From Bdellovibrionales bacterium (GTDB taxonomy: Bacteria > Bdellovibrionota > Bdellovibrionia > Bdellovibrionales > UBA1609), in NCBI GenBank assembly GCA_965219095.1, contig CBDCMT010000001.1:1760001-1824000 (forward strand): a stretch of DNA of 64,000 nt, read 5' to 3'. Both the position numbers and the translations under genes were made by a program. The notes under the pieces are model-generated. The model saw only the letters and a program-made list of their open reading frames with translations. It was not told where the DNA came from and searched no databases. Each line of letters opens with the position of its first letter. Position 1 is the stretch's first letter. Below are positions 31,527-41,321 of this stretch, piece by piece.

Positions 31527-31546
31527 AAAATTGATTCAAGGTAATT

Positions 31547-32797
31547 TTAAAAAAGACATCCTATTTTCTTATTAAAGCCTTTTATTGTGATATCAATTTC
31601 AGAATTTTCCTTGATAAAACAACTTTCAGGTAACAAAACTTTCCAATAATCTCGGCTTAAGCCTTTTGTTTTATTTTTTAAAACTAAGACTTTCTTTACA
31701 CTTCCTATTTGCTGATAAGCAAGCTTCCGAAACCTCTCATAACTTAAAGCCCTTAAACGTCTTGCCCTATGGACTACAACTTTACGATCTAAGCCTTTTA
31801 GTTTTAAAGCGTAAGTATAAGGACGAGGGGAGTAGGGAAAAACGTGAATTTGAGACCAAAAGCTATTTTCTAAACTCTTGTATGTTTCTAAAAACTGAGT
31901 TTCGCTTTCTGTTGGAAAACCTGCAATAACGTCCATACCTACAAAAGCTTCTGAGAATTTTTTGTGAATTTTTTCAAAGGTCTTTAAAACTTCTTTTGCA
32001 CCATATTTTCTTTTCATAGATTTTAAAACAGAGGTAGAAACACTTTGTATACTCATGTGAAAATGCTTGCACATTTGACAGGAAGAATAAAGTTCTAAAA
32101 GCTCGTCAGTGAGTTCTATGGGTTCAAGGCTTGATAGACGAAATCTCGGCATAGGAGTTTTAATCAAAAGCTCTTTTACAAGAGATTCAAGACCTCCCTT
32201 GTAATCACCTATATGAACTCCTGTCAACACAACCTCTCTTATTCCTTTTTCATAGAGTTCAAAAACTTTATCTAAAAGGATTTGTAAAGGAAGGCTTCTG
32301 CTTTTCCCCCTAGAAAAAGGAATCACACAAAAAGTACAAAAACTATTACAACCATCTTGGATTTTTAAAAAACTCCTTGTATGAGAAAACTCCTCACCTC
32401 CCCCTTCCTCTAAGTCTTCTTTTTTGAAGATGTTTGATTTAAAAATACGATTGTCATTGAGATGGTAAACATAATTTTTGATGATTTGAGGTAAAGAGCT
32501 TTTATGTGAGTTAGCTATAATCAGATGAGCTCCTGAAGAGCTTAGAACATCTGTATCCACTTGAGCAGAACAGCCTGTAAGGACAATTTTAGAAAAAGGA
32601 TGTTTTTTTCTCTTTTTCCTCACCCAACGGAGAGCTTCTTTCGTAGATTCTGATGTCACTGCACAAGTATTGAGGATAAAAACGTCAGGTTTTTTTTCAT
32701 CATAAAGAAAGTTTTCTTTTAAAAGTTTTTTTTGTAATAAACCAGTATCATAAGAGTTCACTTTACAACCTAAGGTTTCCACGGAAAATCTAATCAT
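31547..32797 (-). CDS. mtaB: tRNA t6A methylthiotransferase
   Basis: TLGCKVN, NTCAVT, KIQDGCNSFCTFCVIP, HVFPYSPR. Confidence 0.93.
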   Translation of the reverse strand: MIRFSVETLGCKVNSYDTGLLQKKLLKENFLYDEKKPDVFILNTCAVTSESTKEALRWVRKKRKKHPFSKIVLTGCSAQVDTDVLSSSGAHLIIANSHKSSLPQIIKNYVYHLNDNRIFKSNIFKKEDLEEGGGEEFSHTRSFLKIQDGCNSFCTFCVIPFSRGKSRSLPLQILLDKVFELYEKGIREVVLTGVHIGDYKGGLESLVKELLIKTPMPRFRLSSLEPIELTDELLELYSSCQMCKHFHMSIQSVSTSVLKSMKRKYGAKEVLKTFEKIHKKFSEAFVGMDVIAGFPTESETQFLETYKSLENSFWSQIHVFPYSPRPYTYALKLKGLDRKVVVHRARRLRALSYERFRKLAYQQIGSVKKVLVLKNKTKGLSRDYWKVLLPESCFIKENSEIDITIKGFNKKIGCLF

Positions 32798-33874
32798 TCA
32801 AAGCACCCAGCCTCCCCCTAAAAGTTGATGACCTCGATAAAAAACAGCTGCTTGCCCTGGTGTGATGGCTCTCTGTGGTTCTAAAAAACAAGCCTCAAAA
32901 CCTTCTTTCTTACGGTACACTTTTGCTTTCGCACCTCTATGAGAAAATCTTACTTTAACATTAAGAGTTTCTCCATCACAAATTTTATCTAAAAGATGAA
33001 CTTGAGAGATTTTGAAGTTTTGAGAGTAAAGACAGTCTTCAGTGCCTAGCCATACAACTCCGTTGTTTGCATCCATTTTTACAACAAACAAAGCTTCGTT
33101 ATAACCTGACACACCTAGACCTTTTCTCTGCCCATAAGTGAATTTATGAACTCCCTTATGAATTCCCAAAACTTCTCCAGTTTTAATGTTCTTGAAAACA
33201 CCAGGTTTGATTTTACTGGAGGGAATTTGAGATTCAATAAAGTGAGCATAACCTTGTTTTCCAACAAAACATAGATCTATGGAATCCTTCTTATTAAAAA
33301 CAGGAAGTTGTTTTTTTTGTGCATATTCTCTAACCTGTTTCTTATTCATGGATCCTACAGGGAACATAAGATACTGTAAGTTCTCTTTAAGTAAAGTAAA
33401 TAAAAAATAGGTTTGATCTTTCCAATCATCACAACTTGTCATAAGTTTGTATTTACCCTGATCTTTTTCTATGCAAGCGTAATGTCCTGTAGCTAAAAAG
33501 TCACACTCAAGTTCTCTCATTTTTTTGAATAAATGATCAAATTTCAAAAAAGTATTACAGTTTACACAAGGAATGGGAGTTTCTCCTTTTAAGTAAGAAC
33601 TTATAAAAGGATCAATAACTTTTTGTTTAAAAAAGTTTTCACAGTTTAAAACATAGAAAGGAATGTTAAGATGAGAAGCTACGGTGCGGGCGTCATTGAC
33701 ATCCACACTAGAACAGCATGTTCCATAACCCTCTTCTAAATTGCACTCAGAGTAATCCCAAACTTGCATGATCATACCTATGACTTCATAGCCTTGATCA
33801 ACTAAAAGACTTGCCGATACAGAACTATCCACTCCTCCGCTCATAGCTACTAAAATTCTTTTTTTTCTTCTCAT
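32798..33874 (-). CDS. mnmA: tRNA 2-thiouridylase
   Basis: AMSGGVDS, PCVNCN, ATGHY, KDQTYFL, TPGQAAVFY. Confidence 0.96.
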   Translation of the reverse strand: MRRKKRILVAMSGGVDSSVSASLLVDQGYEVIGMIMQVWDYSECNLEEGYGTCCSSVDVNDARTVASHLNIPFYVLNCENFFKQKVIDPFISSYLKGETPIPCVNCNTFLKFDHLFKKMRELECDFLATGHYACIEKDQGKYKLMTSCDDWKDQTYFLFTLLKENLQYLMFPVGSMNKKQVREYAQKKQLPVFNKKDSIDLCFVGKQGYAHFIESQIPSSKIKPGVFKNIKTGEVLGIHKGVHKFTYGQRKGLGVSGYNEALFVVKMDANNGVVWLGTEDCLYSQNFKISQVHLLDKICDGETLNVKVRFSHRGAKAKVYRKKEGFEACFLEPQRAITPGQAAVFYRGHQLLGGGWVL

Positions 33875-35028
33875 AAATCTAAACTCCTTAGACGTAAAAC
33901 CTCATTCTTAAAAACTTCACAAAATAAATCAACCTCTTTTTTTTGTGTAAACCAAGACAGACTGACTCTCACAGAAGTTTGAATTTCATGCTCTTCAAAG
34001 CCCATAGCTAAGAGAACAGGACTCAAGCTAGTGTTGCCAGAAGAACAGGCCGAACCTGAACTCAAACAAAACCCTTTAAGGTCCATACTCATAATAAAAG
34101 TTTCTGCATAGACTTTGTCAATGAAAAAACTTGAAGTGTTTGACACTCTGGCTTGATGTTTTCCTATGATATGAACACCCCCTACAGCTTCTAATTGTTT
34201 TTCCATATCATTTCTTAAAGTCCGCAGTCTTTCATTGGTTTCTATAACATGATCTTTATGGGAGGAACATACCTCTGCTAAACTACAGATAGCTAAAAGG
34301 TTTTCCGTTCCAGCTCGTCTTTTCCTTTCCTGCCCCCCTCCTAAAATGAGGCTTTGTAAGGGTGTCTTCCGAGCTACGTACAAAACACCACAACCCTTAA
34401 GAGCATAAAACTTATGAGCTGAAAAACTAGCTAAATCAATGCTTAAGTCTTTTAAAGCCAGATCAATTTTTCCTAAGGACTGAACCATATCACTATGAAA
34501 GAAAGCTCCTTTTTGATGAGCTTTCTTACAAAGTCTTTTAATAGGAAAGATATGGCCTGTTTCATTGTTCACATGCATAATAGAGACAAGAGCTGTTTTT
34601 TCATTAAGCTCTTTTTCATAACAGTCTTCATCAAAACACCCTTCTTTGTTAACAGGGATAACAACCACCTCAGCTCCTCTTTGGCTTAACCAATGCTGAA
34701 TTTCTCTTACACTAGGATGCTCCACAGAGCTAAAAATATAGCGATTTCTTTCAGACGATGAATTTTTAAGGGCTTCAAACAGACCTTTAAGGGCTTGGTT
34801 GTTACCCTCACTTCCCCCTGAATTAAAAACAAGCTCTAAAGGATCCACTTTGAGCATTTCAGCAATTTGAGTACGTGCTGTGTTAAGAAAGTGCTTAGCA
34901 TTTTGTCCTTCTTTATAAATGGAACTGGGATTACCCCATTCCCTTAGCCATTGGTCTAGTTTTTGAAACAATCTTTCGTCTGGCTTTGTTGTCGCATTGT
35001 TATCTAAATACACTCTTCCCATAATCAC
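33871..35028 (-). CDS. iscS: Cysteine desulfurase (IscS/NifS family)
   Basis: YLDNNATT, GNPSS, SAHKFY, RAGTEN, SSGSACSSG. Confidence 0.9.
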   Translation of the reverse strand: MIMGRVYLDNNATTKPDERLFQKLDQWLREWGNPSSIYKEGQNAKHFLNTARTQIAEMLKVDPLELVFNSGGSEGNNQALKGLFEALKNSSSERNRYIFSSVEHPSVREIQHWLSQRGAEVVVIPVNKEGCFDEDCYEKELNEKTALVSIMHVNNETGHIFPIKRLCKKAHQKGAFFHSDMVQSLGKIDLALKDLSIDLASFSAHKFYALKGCGVLYVARKTPLQSLILGGGQERKRRAGTENLLAICSLAEVCSSHKDHVIETNERLRTLRNDMEKQLEAVGGVHIIGKHQARVSNTSSFFIDKVYAETFIMSMDLKGFCLSSGSACSSGNTSLSPVLLAMGFEEHEIQTSVRVSLSWFTQKKEVDLFCEVFKNEVLRLRSLDL

Positions 35029-35058
35029 CTTCTTTTACCATAAACACGAATAAAAAAC

Positions 35059-35085
35059 TAAAAAAAACTCACTTTTTGCCGATAA
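35059..35085 (+). promoter_or_regulatory. Consensus sigma-28 (FliA) promoter
   Basis: TAAA-N15-GCCGATAA exact match, with ATG 6 nt downstream. Confidence 0.75.
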
Positions 35086-35091
35086 AGTCTT

Positions 35092-36198
35092 ATGAAATGG
35101 ACTCAGTTTTTTAACATTTCAAAAGAGCAAATGCGTCATCTAATGAAACACAAGCCTAGCAACATTGACCTGCTTGTATGGTGTTTAGAGACCGGTAAAA
35201 TTGATAAAGCAAAGTATTTAGAATGGGCTAAAAATCATTACAAAATTCCTATTTTAAAATCTTCTTTTTTTCAAAAATCTAAAGCCGATCTGAATTGGAT
35301 CAAAAGTGTTTATCATGATTTTCAAAAGTACGAAATGATAGCTCCTCTTTTTTATTGGGAAAAAAAAGGGTTTGTGGCTTGCTTGGAGCCTTTAAAAAAT
35401 CCTCCCTGGAATTTTCAAACACAGTGGGTTTTGTGTAACTATCAGGATTTAAAAGTTTATAAACTTTATTTGAAAAAAACTTTTAGTAAGGGCTCCCAAG
35501 ATAAGGGTTCTGAAAAGATAAAATCTGAAAAGATAAAAAATTTACATGATGACTTAAAGCCTTATGTTCTTTATGAAAAAAAACCTTCTTTCTTAAAAAA
35601 TGAAGCCATCATTTACGAAGCTTTCTCAGAGCTTCAAAAAAAATTTGAAAAAGTGCTATTTCTAGGTTACGGAAAAAACAAGGTTTTAAAGTTTTTAAGG
35701 TGTGATGAAAACTGGGATATCAAGAATTACGTCAAAATTAGTAAGCCCATTGATCTATCTAAAAACAGTGTTTTTAAAATTTTACATACAACAGCACATC
35801 CTTTTCACGGTCCTGTCTACCCTAGCGAAGAAAACAATCGTTTCTTTCAAGCTTGTGGTTACGAAAACAGCTTGCCTCAGCACCTTACAGCTCTTCCTGT
35901 ATTTAGCGATGCGAGTATGACAAGATTGTTAGGATTTCTCTTAGCAGTGGGATGGCCTCGGAATTTTTCTACAGACACCTTAGTGTGGGCTCAAAAAATC
36001 GCTCAAAAATTATCAAGAAAGTTTATCATCTTACAAGAAACTATCAATAAGGCTGTCAAATTAGGAAAAGAAAAAAATAAGGAACTTTACGAAAGAAATC
36101 CTCAAAGCAAGAATGAGAAGTTACGAGCGGAGAACAAAGTTCAAAGTAAAATAATTGAGAAAGAAAACGTTCAAGGCCGTATGAAAAAAAGCTCATGA
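35092..36198 (+). CDS. Hypothetical protein
   Basis: 368-aa ORF behind the sigma-28 promoter. Confidence 0.75.
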   Translation: MKWTQFFNISKEQMRHLMKHKPSNIDLLVWCLETGKIDKAKYLEWAKNHYKIPILKSSFFQKSKADLNWIKSVYHDFQKYEMIAPLFYWEKKGFVACLEPLKNPPWNFQTQWVLCNYQDLKVYKLYLKKTFSKGSQDKGSEKIKSEKIKNLHDDLKPYVLYEKKPSFLKNEAIIYEAFSELQKKFEKVLFLGYGKNKVLKFLRCDENWDIKNYVKISKPIDLSKNSVFKILHTTAHPFHGPVYPSEENNRFFQACGYENSLPQHLTALPVFSDASMTRLLGFLLAVGWPRNFSTDTLVWAQKIAQKLSRKFIILQETINKAVKLGKEKNKELYERNPQSKNEKLRAENKVQSKIIEKENVQGRMKKSS

Positions 36199-36429
36199 AA
36201 GACATCAAATAAGTAATTTAAAAAATGCTTTTATGTTGATTTGAGAGCAAAAATACTAAAATTTCATATAAATTTAATCGATTCTGATTTTTTCTTCAAA
36301 CTAGAGGAAAGTCGGGTTGACATTAAAAATGTTGAAAGTTTTTAAGGACTTGGTAAAATTTTTAAAGAAAGCTTCCTTAAGATTATGTGAAAAGTCTTTC
36401 TAAAACCAAAAGATGGGAGAAGTAAAATT

Positions 36430-36765
36430 ATGAGTAATCTCAAAAAAAGCGGAAAACCACTTTTAAATAAAAGCGAGCAGTACACTCTTACAAAAGCTGA
36501 TCTTATAGAAAAAATCTATGAAAAGATAACTCATTCTAAACAAGAGGCTCAATATCTTATGGCCTTGGTTTTTAAAAAGATCCAAATAGGCCTTGTTAAA
36601 GATGAAAAAGTCAAAATATCAGGGTTTGGTATTTTTATCGTACAACATAAAAAACAAAGAAACGGCAGAAATCCTAAGACAGGTGAGCCTATGCTCATCC
36701 CTTCTAGAAAAACTCTCACCTTTCACACAAGTCAAATCCTTAAGGATCATTTAAATAAAGAATGA
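36430..36765 (+). CDS. ihfA: Integration host factor alpha-like protein
   Basis: LTKADL, VKISGFG, RNGRNPKTGE; ihfA-MerR-tRNA-Pro synteny. Confidence 0.88.
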   Translation: MSNLKKSGKPLLNKSEQYTLTKADLIEKIYEKITHSKQEAQYLMALVFKKIQIGLVKDEKVKISGFGIFIVQHKKQRNGRNPKTGEPMLIPSRKTLTFHTSQILKDHLNKE

Positions 36766-36783
36766 TAAAGATAGGAGGTTAAT

Positions 36784-37245
36784 ATGCCTACAGAAGTCGT
36801 GGTTTTAGAAACAAAAAAAGAAAATTATCCAAAAACTCAATTCAGTGATAAAACTCAGTTTTTATTTGATGAAATGTTACGAGTGGAGTTTGATTCTATT
36901 CCTGATCGTCTTGAGTTTAAAATTGGTGATGTTGTCAAAATTACTGGTATTAAAACTTATGTCTTACGCTACTGGGAAAGCGAATTCAAAACCTTAAAGC
37001 CTAAGAAATCGGCGAAAAACCAAAGAATTTATAAGAAAAAAGACATAGAAATGGTATTTCTTATAAGAAAACTTCTCTATCGTGACAGGTACTCAATTCA
37101 AGGAGCTTGTGAGGTGTTGAAAAAATACTCTTGTTTAGGTAAATCTAAGTTTGAAACACGAAGCCTAAAAATTCATATGAAAAAAATAGCATATTCTTTA
37201 CAAAATATTTATGATCGACTGAAAGTATTGGAAAAAAAGCTCTAA
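36784..37245 (+). CDS. MerR-family regulator
   Basis: FKIGDV..YVLRYWESEF..QRIY. Confidence 0.9.
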   Translation: MPTEVVVLETKKENYPKTQFSDKTQFLFDEMLRVEFDSIPDRLEFKIGDVVKITGIKTYVLRYWESEFKTLKPKKSAKNQRIYKKKDIEMVFLIRKLLYRDRYSIQGACEVLKKYSCLGKSKFETRSLKIHMKKIAYSLQNIYDRLKVLEKKL

Positions 37246-37364
37246 AATTAAAGAAACGCCACTTTAAGCTTTCATTTATTTCCAACTTGTAAAAAATTTT
37301 TTCAAAGGTTGGAAATTTTAGTAACGTTTGAAAAACTTTTTAAAATATGTCTATAATAAACTTA

Positions 37365-37441
37365 CGGGCCGTAGCGCAGCTTGGTAGCGTGCCACCTTGG
37401 GGTGGTGGAGGTCGTCAGTTCAAATCTGATCGGCCCGACCA
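37365..37441 (+). tRNA. tRNA-Pro (GGG)
   Basis: CGGGCCGTAGCGCAGCTTGGTAGCGTGCCACCTTGGGGTGGTGGAGGTCGTCAGTTCAAATCTGATCGGCCCGACCA. Confidence 0.97.
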
Positions 37442-37572
37442 AAAGGCGGGAGCCTTTTTGCCATTCCGCAAAACCTCAGTTTTTTCTGTAACTTAGTCTA
37501 TTTTCATTTGAGAACCATTTTTAGCTTGAAATGTCTGAAAATTTTGTGAAATTTTGCGAAATTTTTGAGCTT

Positions 37573-37633
37573 TGTCTTCACATGTCTTCACTGTGAAGAC
37601 ATGCACTATTTTGGTGCAAAATCACGTCTTCAT
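37573..37633. promoter_or_regulatory. Putative integrase arm-type sites (GTCTTCA repeats)
   Basis: TGTCTTCAC at 37573 and 37583, inverted GTGAAGACA at 37593, CGTCTTCAT at 37625. Confidence 0.5.
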
Positions 37634-37647
37634 TCTATAAGAAAAAG

Positions 37648-38760
37648 TTATGATTTTTTAGGGAACTGAATTAGTGTACCTATCCCTCCTTTCGTGCAAG
37701 GAACTTTTAAATTAAGGCTTTCTGTAGCTCCTTTTACATCTTCCCCACACAGCCTTAAATAACCTTGTGTTGTTCTTAAAGAAGCATGTCCTACTATACT
37801 CATCACTTTTGCTAGAGGTGCTCCATTGATAAGCATTTGAGTTATGAAAGTAGCTCTTAAATCATGAAACCTTACAGGCGTGATATTAAGAGCATAACAA
37901 AATTCCCTTAAAACCCTAGCTTGATCGCCACTTTCCCAATCACGAAGACGAGGCAGTACGAATTTTTCTTCTGGAAACTTCATTTTTAAGTCTTTAAGAA
38001 ACAAAGAACACTCTTTTGAGATAGGAACAACTCGATTTTTAGCTGTCTTTGTAGTGGTAAGACCATTAAATCTTGACCACGCCTTATTGACATGGATAAG
38101 ATCGCCTGAAAAGTCAATGTCTGTCCATTTTAAAGCAAAAAGTTCTCCTGATCTCATACCTGTTAAAAGAGCTAAAACCCATATAGGATAATACCTATGG
38201 TTATAGTTGTTAGCACTTTTTAAAAGAATTTGGATTTCTTCTTTGTTTAAGACTTTTTGTTTTGCCTCTGCCACTTTTACTTTAATTCCTACTGTGGGGT
38301 TTCTGTGCAAAATTCCGTCATCAACAGCCATTTGAAAAATTTTCCTCGTGGTTTTCAATACATTTTTTCTTGAATGAGATGAAAGAATGTCTATGGAGAA
38401 AACTAAGTCATGGATATTTGACGTTGTAATATCTTTTAGAAGAAGATTTCCTATGCAAGGAAAAATCCACTTTCTTAGGATTCCTTTGTGTCTTTGATAA
38501 GTAGAGTTTAAAAGTTGAACTCTTATCCTTTCAAGACATTTTTCTGACCATTTTTTAAATGCGTAAGCCTGTTTTACATCAAGCAATTCACACTTGAGTT
38601 TGAACTCCTGTTCTTGTGCTTTTTTTCTCGTGAGAAAACGTCTCTTAATTTGAACACGCTTCTTTTGAGCATCTTTGGCGGCAAGTCGTACCTCGTAATA
38701 TTTTTTTCCGTTATTATTGATTTCTACTATTGACATAATTAATTCCTTTCTTGAAAGCAA
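37648..38760 (-). CDS. Tyrosine integrase
   Basis: TGMRSGEL, TKT, FHDLRAT, VGHASLRTTQGY; true start may be the ATG at 38736. Confidence 0.95.
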   Translation of the reverse strand: MLSRKELIMSIVEINNNGKKYYEVRLAAKDAQKKRVQIKRRFLTRKKAQEQEFKLKCELLDVKQAYAFKKWSEKCLERIRVQLLNSTYQRHKGILRKWIFPCIGNLLLKDITTSNIHDLVFSIDILSSHSRKNVLKTTRKIFQMAVDDGILHRNPTVGIKVKVAEAKQKVLNKEEIQILLKSANNYNHRYYPIWVLALLTGMRSGELFALKWTDIDFSGDLIHVNKAWSRFNGLTTTKTAKNRVVPISKECSLFLKDLKMKFPEEKFVLPRLRDWESGDQARVLREFCYALNITPVRFHDLRATFITQMLINGAPLAKVMSIVGHASLRTTQGYLRLCGEDVKGATESLNLKVPCTKGGIGTLIQFPKKS

Positions 38761-38993
38761 TCTTTTAAGTCAACCAACTTAAATCTTAATCTTCTTTTGA
38801 ATTTATAGGCTTTGATTTTCTTGCGAAAAACTAAAATACGAAGTGCATTCTCACTGATTCCTAAGTATCGGGACGCTTGAAGTGTTGTTAACCAACTGTC
38901 TAAATTGTCAAAGAACAAGCCCTCTTTATAAGGGCGAATAGTGCTCTCTAAACTACTACTTTTTTTGATTGGTTTCAATCCTTTTGTATTCAT
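38739..38993 (-). CDS. Excisionase-like HTH protein
   Basis: WLTTLQASRYLGISENALR..IKAYKFKRRLRF; adjacent to the integrase. Confidence 0.85.
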   Translation of the reverse strand: MNTKGLKPIKKSSSLESTIRPYKEGLFFDNLDSWLTTLQASRYLGISENALRILVFRKKIKAYKFKRRLRFKLVDLKDCFQERN

Positions 38994-39018
38994 TTCTTTT
39001 TCTCCTTTCGATTTGAAA

Positions 39019-39046
39019 GCTAGGGAGCTTTAAAAAGCCCCCTAGC
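39019..39046 (-). terminator. Probable intrinsic terminator
   Basis: GCTAGGGGGCTT-TTTA-AAGCTCCCTAGC followed by TTTC on the minus strand. Confidence 0.55.
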
Positions 39047-39064
39047 AGTTGATTTTTTAGCCTT

Positions 39065-39292
39065 TTAAAAAGGCTCTTTTTCTGTCTCGCTTTTTTTCTC
39101 TTTTTTTGGCACTCTTCCTACAACTAAAAGCTCTCCTGAAACAGGCAAGCTTGAGAGCTTAAGAGAGAAGCCCTCTTTTGTTTTTAGAGGGAAGGCTACG
39201 CCCACCTTTAAAAACTCTGATTTTTCCTTACCGGATATGGTGAATTTACGCACTGAAAAAGCCTCGTAAATTTTACTTTTTTCGTTTTGCAT
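39065..39292 (-). CDS. Small putative ssDNA-binding protein (DUF736-like)
   Basis: FLKVGVAFP..EGFSLKLSSLP; SSB-like acidic EPF tail. Confidence 0.6.
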   Translation of the reverse strand: MQNEKSKIYEAFSVRKFTISGKEKSEFLKVGVAFPLKTKEGFSLKLSSLPVSGELLVVGRVPKKEKKSETEKEPF

Positions 39293-39406
39293 TATGCTAC
39301 TCCTTTCATAATTGATTTGTTATTTGTTTTTTGACCTTTTTTTACTCCTTTCTTGGCTATTAAAAAACTTAAGTTAAACTTAAAAAAACAAGAATCCTTT
39401 AACCTG

Positions 39407-39627
39407 ATAGAGAAAATTTTTAGGACTTTTAAGCTAAAAATTTTCTCTATTTTTTCTCCTCCCACACCCCCTTTCCTTTCCCCACATTTACACACCCCAC
39501 TCTGCGGTACCGTGACCACCCTCTTCCATACTAAACAAAGTGTGTGTGGGAGAGGGTGGTCACGGTGAAAACCGAAGGTTTTAGCAGAGTTGGGTGTGTA
39601 AAACCAAAGGGAAAAGGAAAGGGGGTG
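39407..39627. other. Large secondary-structure region (candidate sso/oriT)
   Basis: Perfect 17-bp IR at 39407-39423/39434-39450; long branched hairpin at 39465-39627. Confidence 0.75.
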
Positions 39628-39692
39628 CATGCAAGACATGTTTTCAGCACTATAAGAAAATCCCAGAATTTTTTTAAAACCTCTCATAAAGC

Positions 39693-41321
39693 TCACTCCT
39701 TTAAGTTAAAAATTTGAAACAAATCTTGTGAGGTTTTGATCTTATCAATGAGTACAGCCTGACCTACTTTTAAGTTCTTAAAAACATCATGTTCGATCTT
39801 CATTTTTTTGGTCTCAAAAAGATTCCCTAAGCCTGTTTTTTCAACCTCTCCAGAATGCGATTCACTGACCTGAAAACTCCTACCTACAGTGTCCATAGTG
39901 CCGGCTGTAGAAGCCCATGTTTCGCAGTCTTCTTTCACATCTTGTCGAAGTATGATTTTAGTGGCTGTATTTCCAAACACTTGATTGCTAAAACTCTGAC
40001 TTACAACATTTAAATCAGCTAAGCCTTGGCAAAATAAGTGAACTCCTATACCAGCAGATCTCACTTGCTTTAAAAAATCCGAAAAATCAGGTGTAGCAAA
40101 AGATCCAAATTCATCAATTAAGACCCCTAAAAACAGAGGCTTAAAATCCACCTGTCCTGATTGAATTTGAGAGCTTATAACCTTTAGGTCTTGAACTAGA
40201 ATTTTACCGATTTTCTTACCTAAAAAACCATAGCCGTTTAAATTCAACTGGAAATAGGCTATTTGATTTTTTTTCATAACATCCAGGAGATCGATTTCTT
40301 TTTCTTCATGTATAGAGGAGTTTCTAAATTCTGGAGAAGTGAGGGTTTGGATTTGAGCTTTTAAGCCTGCAAGGTCTTGTGTCTTAATAGACTCAATAGC
40401 TTTTAAATCCTGAAGCATACTGTGAGAAAGTTCTCTATTTTGAGAAAGAGAGTTAGCCTGTAAGGCTTGCTTTAACTTTTCAAAGCTTGGAACTTCTTCT
40501 TCCTCTTTCCAAAGAGAAAGAACTGTGCCTATAAACTGGCTTGCTTGAGATTTGTAATAGTCATGAGAAAACTCCAAACTGCACATGATTTTTGACCTTA
40601 ATTGTTCTGCTGTACCATTTTTTAAGGGGTTATAGGAAAAAGAACTCTTAGGCTTAGCAAGGCTAAAAAGCTTAAAATCTTCCTTTTTTCTTCCGCAATT
40701 TTCAAATAGTTTTTGAATAAGATCTATATCAGCTTTATCTCCTTTAGGATCAATCACAATAAGAGGGTGTTTGTGTAAAAAAGCATGCTTTAAAAAAGAG
40801 AGCATTAGAGTGGTTTTTCCCATGCCTGTAGCACCAGAGACTATGACATGCTCTGTTCTCTGTTTCATAGGTAAAAACAAAGGCTTATTTTGAGTAAGAC
40901 TCATACCTAAGGGGACCTTTTTTTCATCTAAAAAATGCTTTTCAAACCCATCAAAAGAAGGCTTTTTAAAGCTCTTTAATAAGCTTAAAGGAAGCCTTTT
41001 TTCCTCCTCTTCAAAAAAACGAAAAAATTTACAAACAATCAGCACTAAGAAAGCTTGAAAGAACCAAAAACTAAGAAAAGAAAGTGAGAAAAAAAGATAC
41101 CAAGATTCCCAAAAAAAAGAGCTTAAAGCACCTAAAACAAGACTTACAAGAAAGAAGATTCCCAAGAGTTTTAAATTGTCTTGAATTTTCCTTGCACTTT
41201 CTGGTTTTTTCTTTAAAAGTTGTACACTTAAAATTCCTCCTAAAAAACAAAACATAAGACATGCTTTTAGAAAGCCTTCTAAGAAGTCGTTGATTTCATC
41301 TTCATAGTGTTTGTTTTTCAT
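39693..41321 (-). CDS. Type IV coupling protein (VirD4/TraD-like)
   Basis: N-terminal TMs, SGATGMGKT, IDPKGD, YNPL, LIDEF, RSAGIG, QGLADL. Confidence 0.9.
   Translation of the reverse strand: MKNKHYEDEINDFLEGFLKACLMFCFLGGILSVQLLKKKPESARKIQDNLKLLGIFFLVSLVLGALSSFFWESWYLFFSLSFLSFWFFQAFLVLIVCKFFRFFEEEEKRLPLSLLKSFKKPSFDGFEKHFLDEKKVPLGMSLTQNKPLFLPMKQRTEHVIVSGATGMGKTTLMLSFLKHAFLHKHPLIVIDPKGDKADIDLIQKLFENCGRKKEDFKLFSLAKPKSSFSYNPLKNGTAEQLRSKIMCSLEFSHDYYKSQASQFIGTVLSLWKEEEEVPSFEKLKQALQANSLSQNRELSHSMLQDLKAIESIKTQDLAGLKAQIQTLTSPEFRNSSIHEEKEIDLLDVMKKNQIAYFQLNLNGYGFLGKKIGKILVQDLKVISSQIQSGQVDFKPLFLGVLIDEFGSFATPDFSDFLKQVRSAGIGVHLFCQGLADLNVVSQSFSNQVFGNTATKIILRQDVKEDCETWASTAGTMDTVGRSFQVSESHSGEVEKTGLGNLFETKKMKIEHDVFKNLKVGQAVLIDKIKTSQDLFQIFNLKE

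Noticed and set aside
39292..39696. 134-aa ORF between T4CP and the SSB-like gene
   Set aside because: Spans the hairpin region with atypical composition; better explained as non-coding structure
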